Of a DNA stretch of 64,000 bases, positions 63,070-64,000 are shown piece after piece. The DNA is from Octopus bimaculoides (lineage: Eukaryota): assembly GCF_001194135.2 (NCBI RefSeq), contig NC_068983.1, positions 147,654,971 through 147,718,970 on the forward strand, read 5' to 3'. How positions within the stretch are numbered: the stretch's first letter is position 1; each line of letters begins with the position of its first letter. The notes below the pieces were generated by a model. It worked only from the letters and a program-made list of their open reading frames with translations, ran no database searches and was not told the origin of the DNA. Both the position numbers and the translations under genes were made by a program.

Positions 63070-63765
63070 GTAGTAGTAGTAGTAGTAGTAGTAGTAGCAG
63101 TAGTAGTAGTAGTGTTAGAAATATTGGAAGTTGTAGTAGTAGTAGTAGTGTTAGAAGTATTGGAAGTTGTAGTAGTAGTAGTAGTAGTAGTGTTAGAAGT
63201 ATTGGTAGTATTGCTAGTAATAGTAGTAGTAGTAGCAGCAACGGCAGTAGTTGCAGAAGCAGCAGCAGGGGCAGTAGTAAAATCACTAGTAGAGGTGTTA
63301 GTATTAGCGGTGGCAGAGGCGGTGGTATTAGCGATGTTATTATCGCGGCTATCAATAGCTGTGTTGGTGGTTGGAGTGTTAACAGTACGGTTTTTCAGTA
63401 ATGGTAATATTGCCGATGGTGTTAGTATTAATATTATGGCTATTCCTATTAGTAGTTGTATTATTAGCTGTAGTGGTTATAATGTAATATTGTTAGTATC
63501 TGTGTGCCTATTAGCGTTCGCGTCGGTTTGAGGTGTCCGCCGCCGCTTTGAAAAACTTTTAGTCGGACCAATCGACCCCCCCCCCACCAGTATTTATTTT
63601 CTTTTAATCTTGAGACTTTTTCTATCGGTCTCTTTTCGCCGAACCACTAGATTACGGGGACGTAAACGTACACCACCGGTTGGCAAGCGGTGGCGAGTGA
63701 CAAACACAGATAAACACGCGCGCGCACGCACTCACGCATGCGTGACGCTGACTTTGTGTGTACGC

Positions 63766-63850
<85 letters not shown>

Positions 63851-63987
63851 CGGTAACGCTCGCGTTGATATCGATACTTGAAACAACCGCAATAATAGCA
63901 GCAATGTCACGATCGATTCACCTAATACCACCCTAGCCACTACCAGCACTACTTCCTCTCTCTACCTAATTAATCCCGTAAAACCGA
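62884..63987. repeat. Inverted pair of ~170-bp unique arms, each running into (TAT)n, enclosing (TAG)n sequence and a SINE A fragment
   Basis: 62884-~63060 matches the reverse complement of ~63790-63987, with a >60-nt identical core (gaagtagtgctggtagtggctagggtggtattaggtgaatcgatcgtgacattgctgctatta). Confidence 0.85.
63525..63720 (-). mobile_element. SINE family A 3' fragment
   Basis: ttttagtcggaccaatcgacccc...ctatcggtctcttttcgccgaaccactagattacggggacgtaaac...gacaaacacaga. Confidence 0.8.
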
Positions 63988-64000
63988 GAGAGAGAGAGAG

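Noticed and set aside
62923-63531. 202-aa hydrophobic ORF that looks like a membrane protein
   Set aside because: It is a read-through of (TAT)n/(TAG)n repeats, and the start is duplicated in the inverted arm.

Overview
AT-rich, repeat-saturated eukaryotic DNA, most likely from an octopus (Octopus-type) draft assembly. This is inferred from SINE families I recall from octopus genomes and from about 20 N-gaps that almost all abut (TA)n/(CA)n/(GA)n microsatellites. There is no intact protein-coding gene, rRNA or CRISPR array, and nearly all long ORFs in the track are microsatellite or N read-through. The window looks intergenic or intronic and holds: three tRNA-headed SINE families (my labels A, B, C; about 25 copies, several with clear TSDs); decayed non-LTR retrotransposons of several clades (Hero, R4/Dong, L1-Tx1, CR1-group, RTE); Penelope-like elements (PLEs) of about three types; and DNA transposon relics (DD37D maT, mariner, Tc1, pogo/Tigger end, hAT, Chapaev3-like). 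The most interesting layer, invisible in the ORF track, is a set of type I hammerhead ribozyme (HHR) motifs at PLE 3' tails. Two are nearly intact (29526-29565 plus; 60846-60940 minus), with unusual stem II and stem III architectures, and several more are decayed. Also noted: a perfect 54-bp-arm palindrome, a 1.1-kb inverted-repeat structure, modular SINE domain swapping, and weak candidates for a plus-strand microexon and exon. Family names come from recalled motifs, not database searches, and most relic boundaries are approximate.
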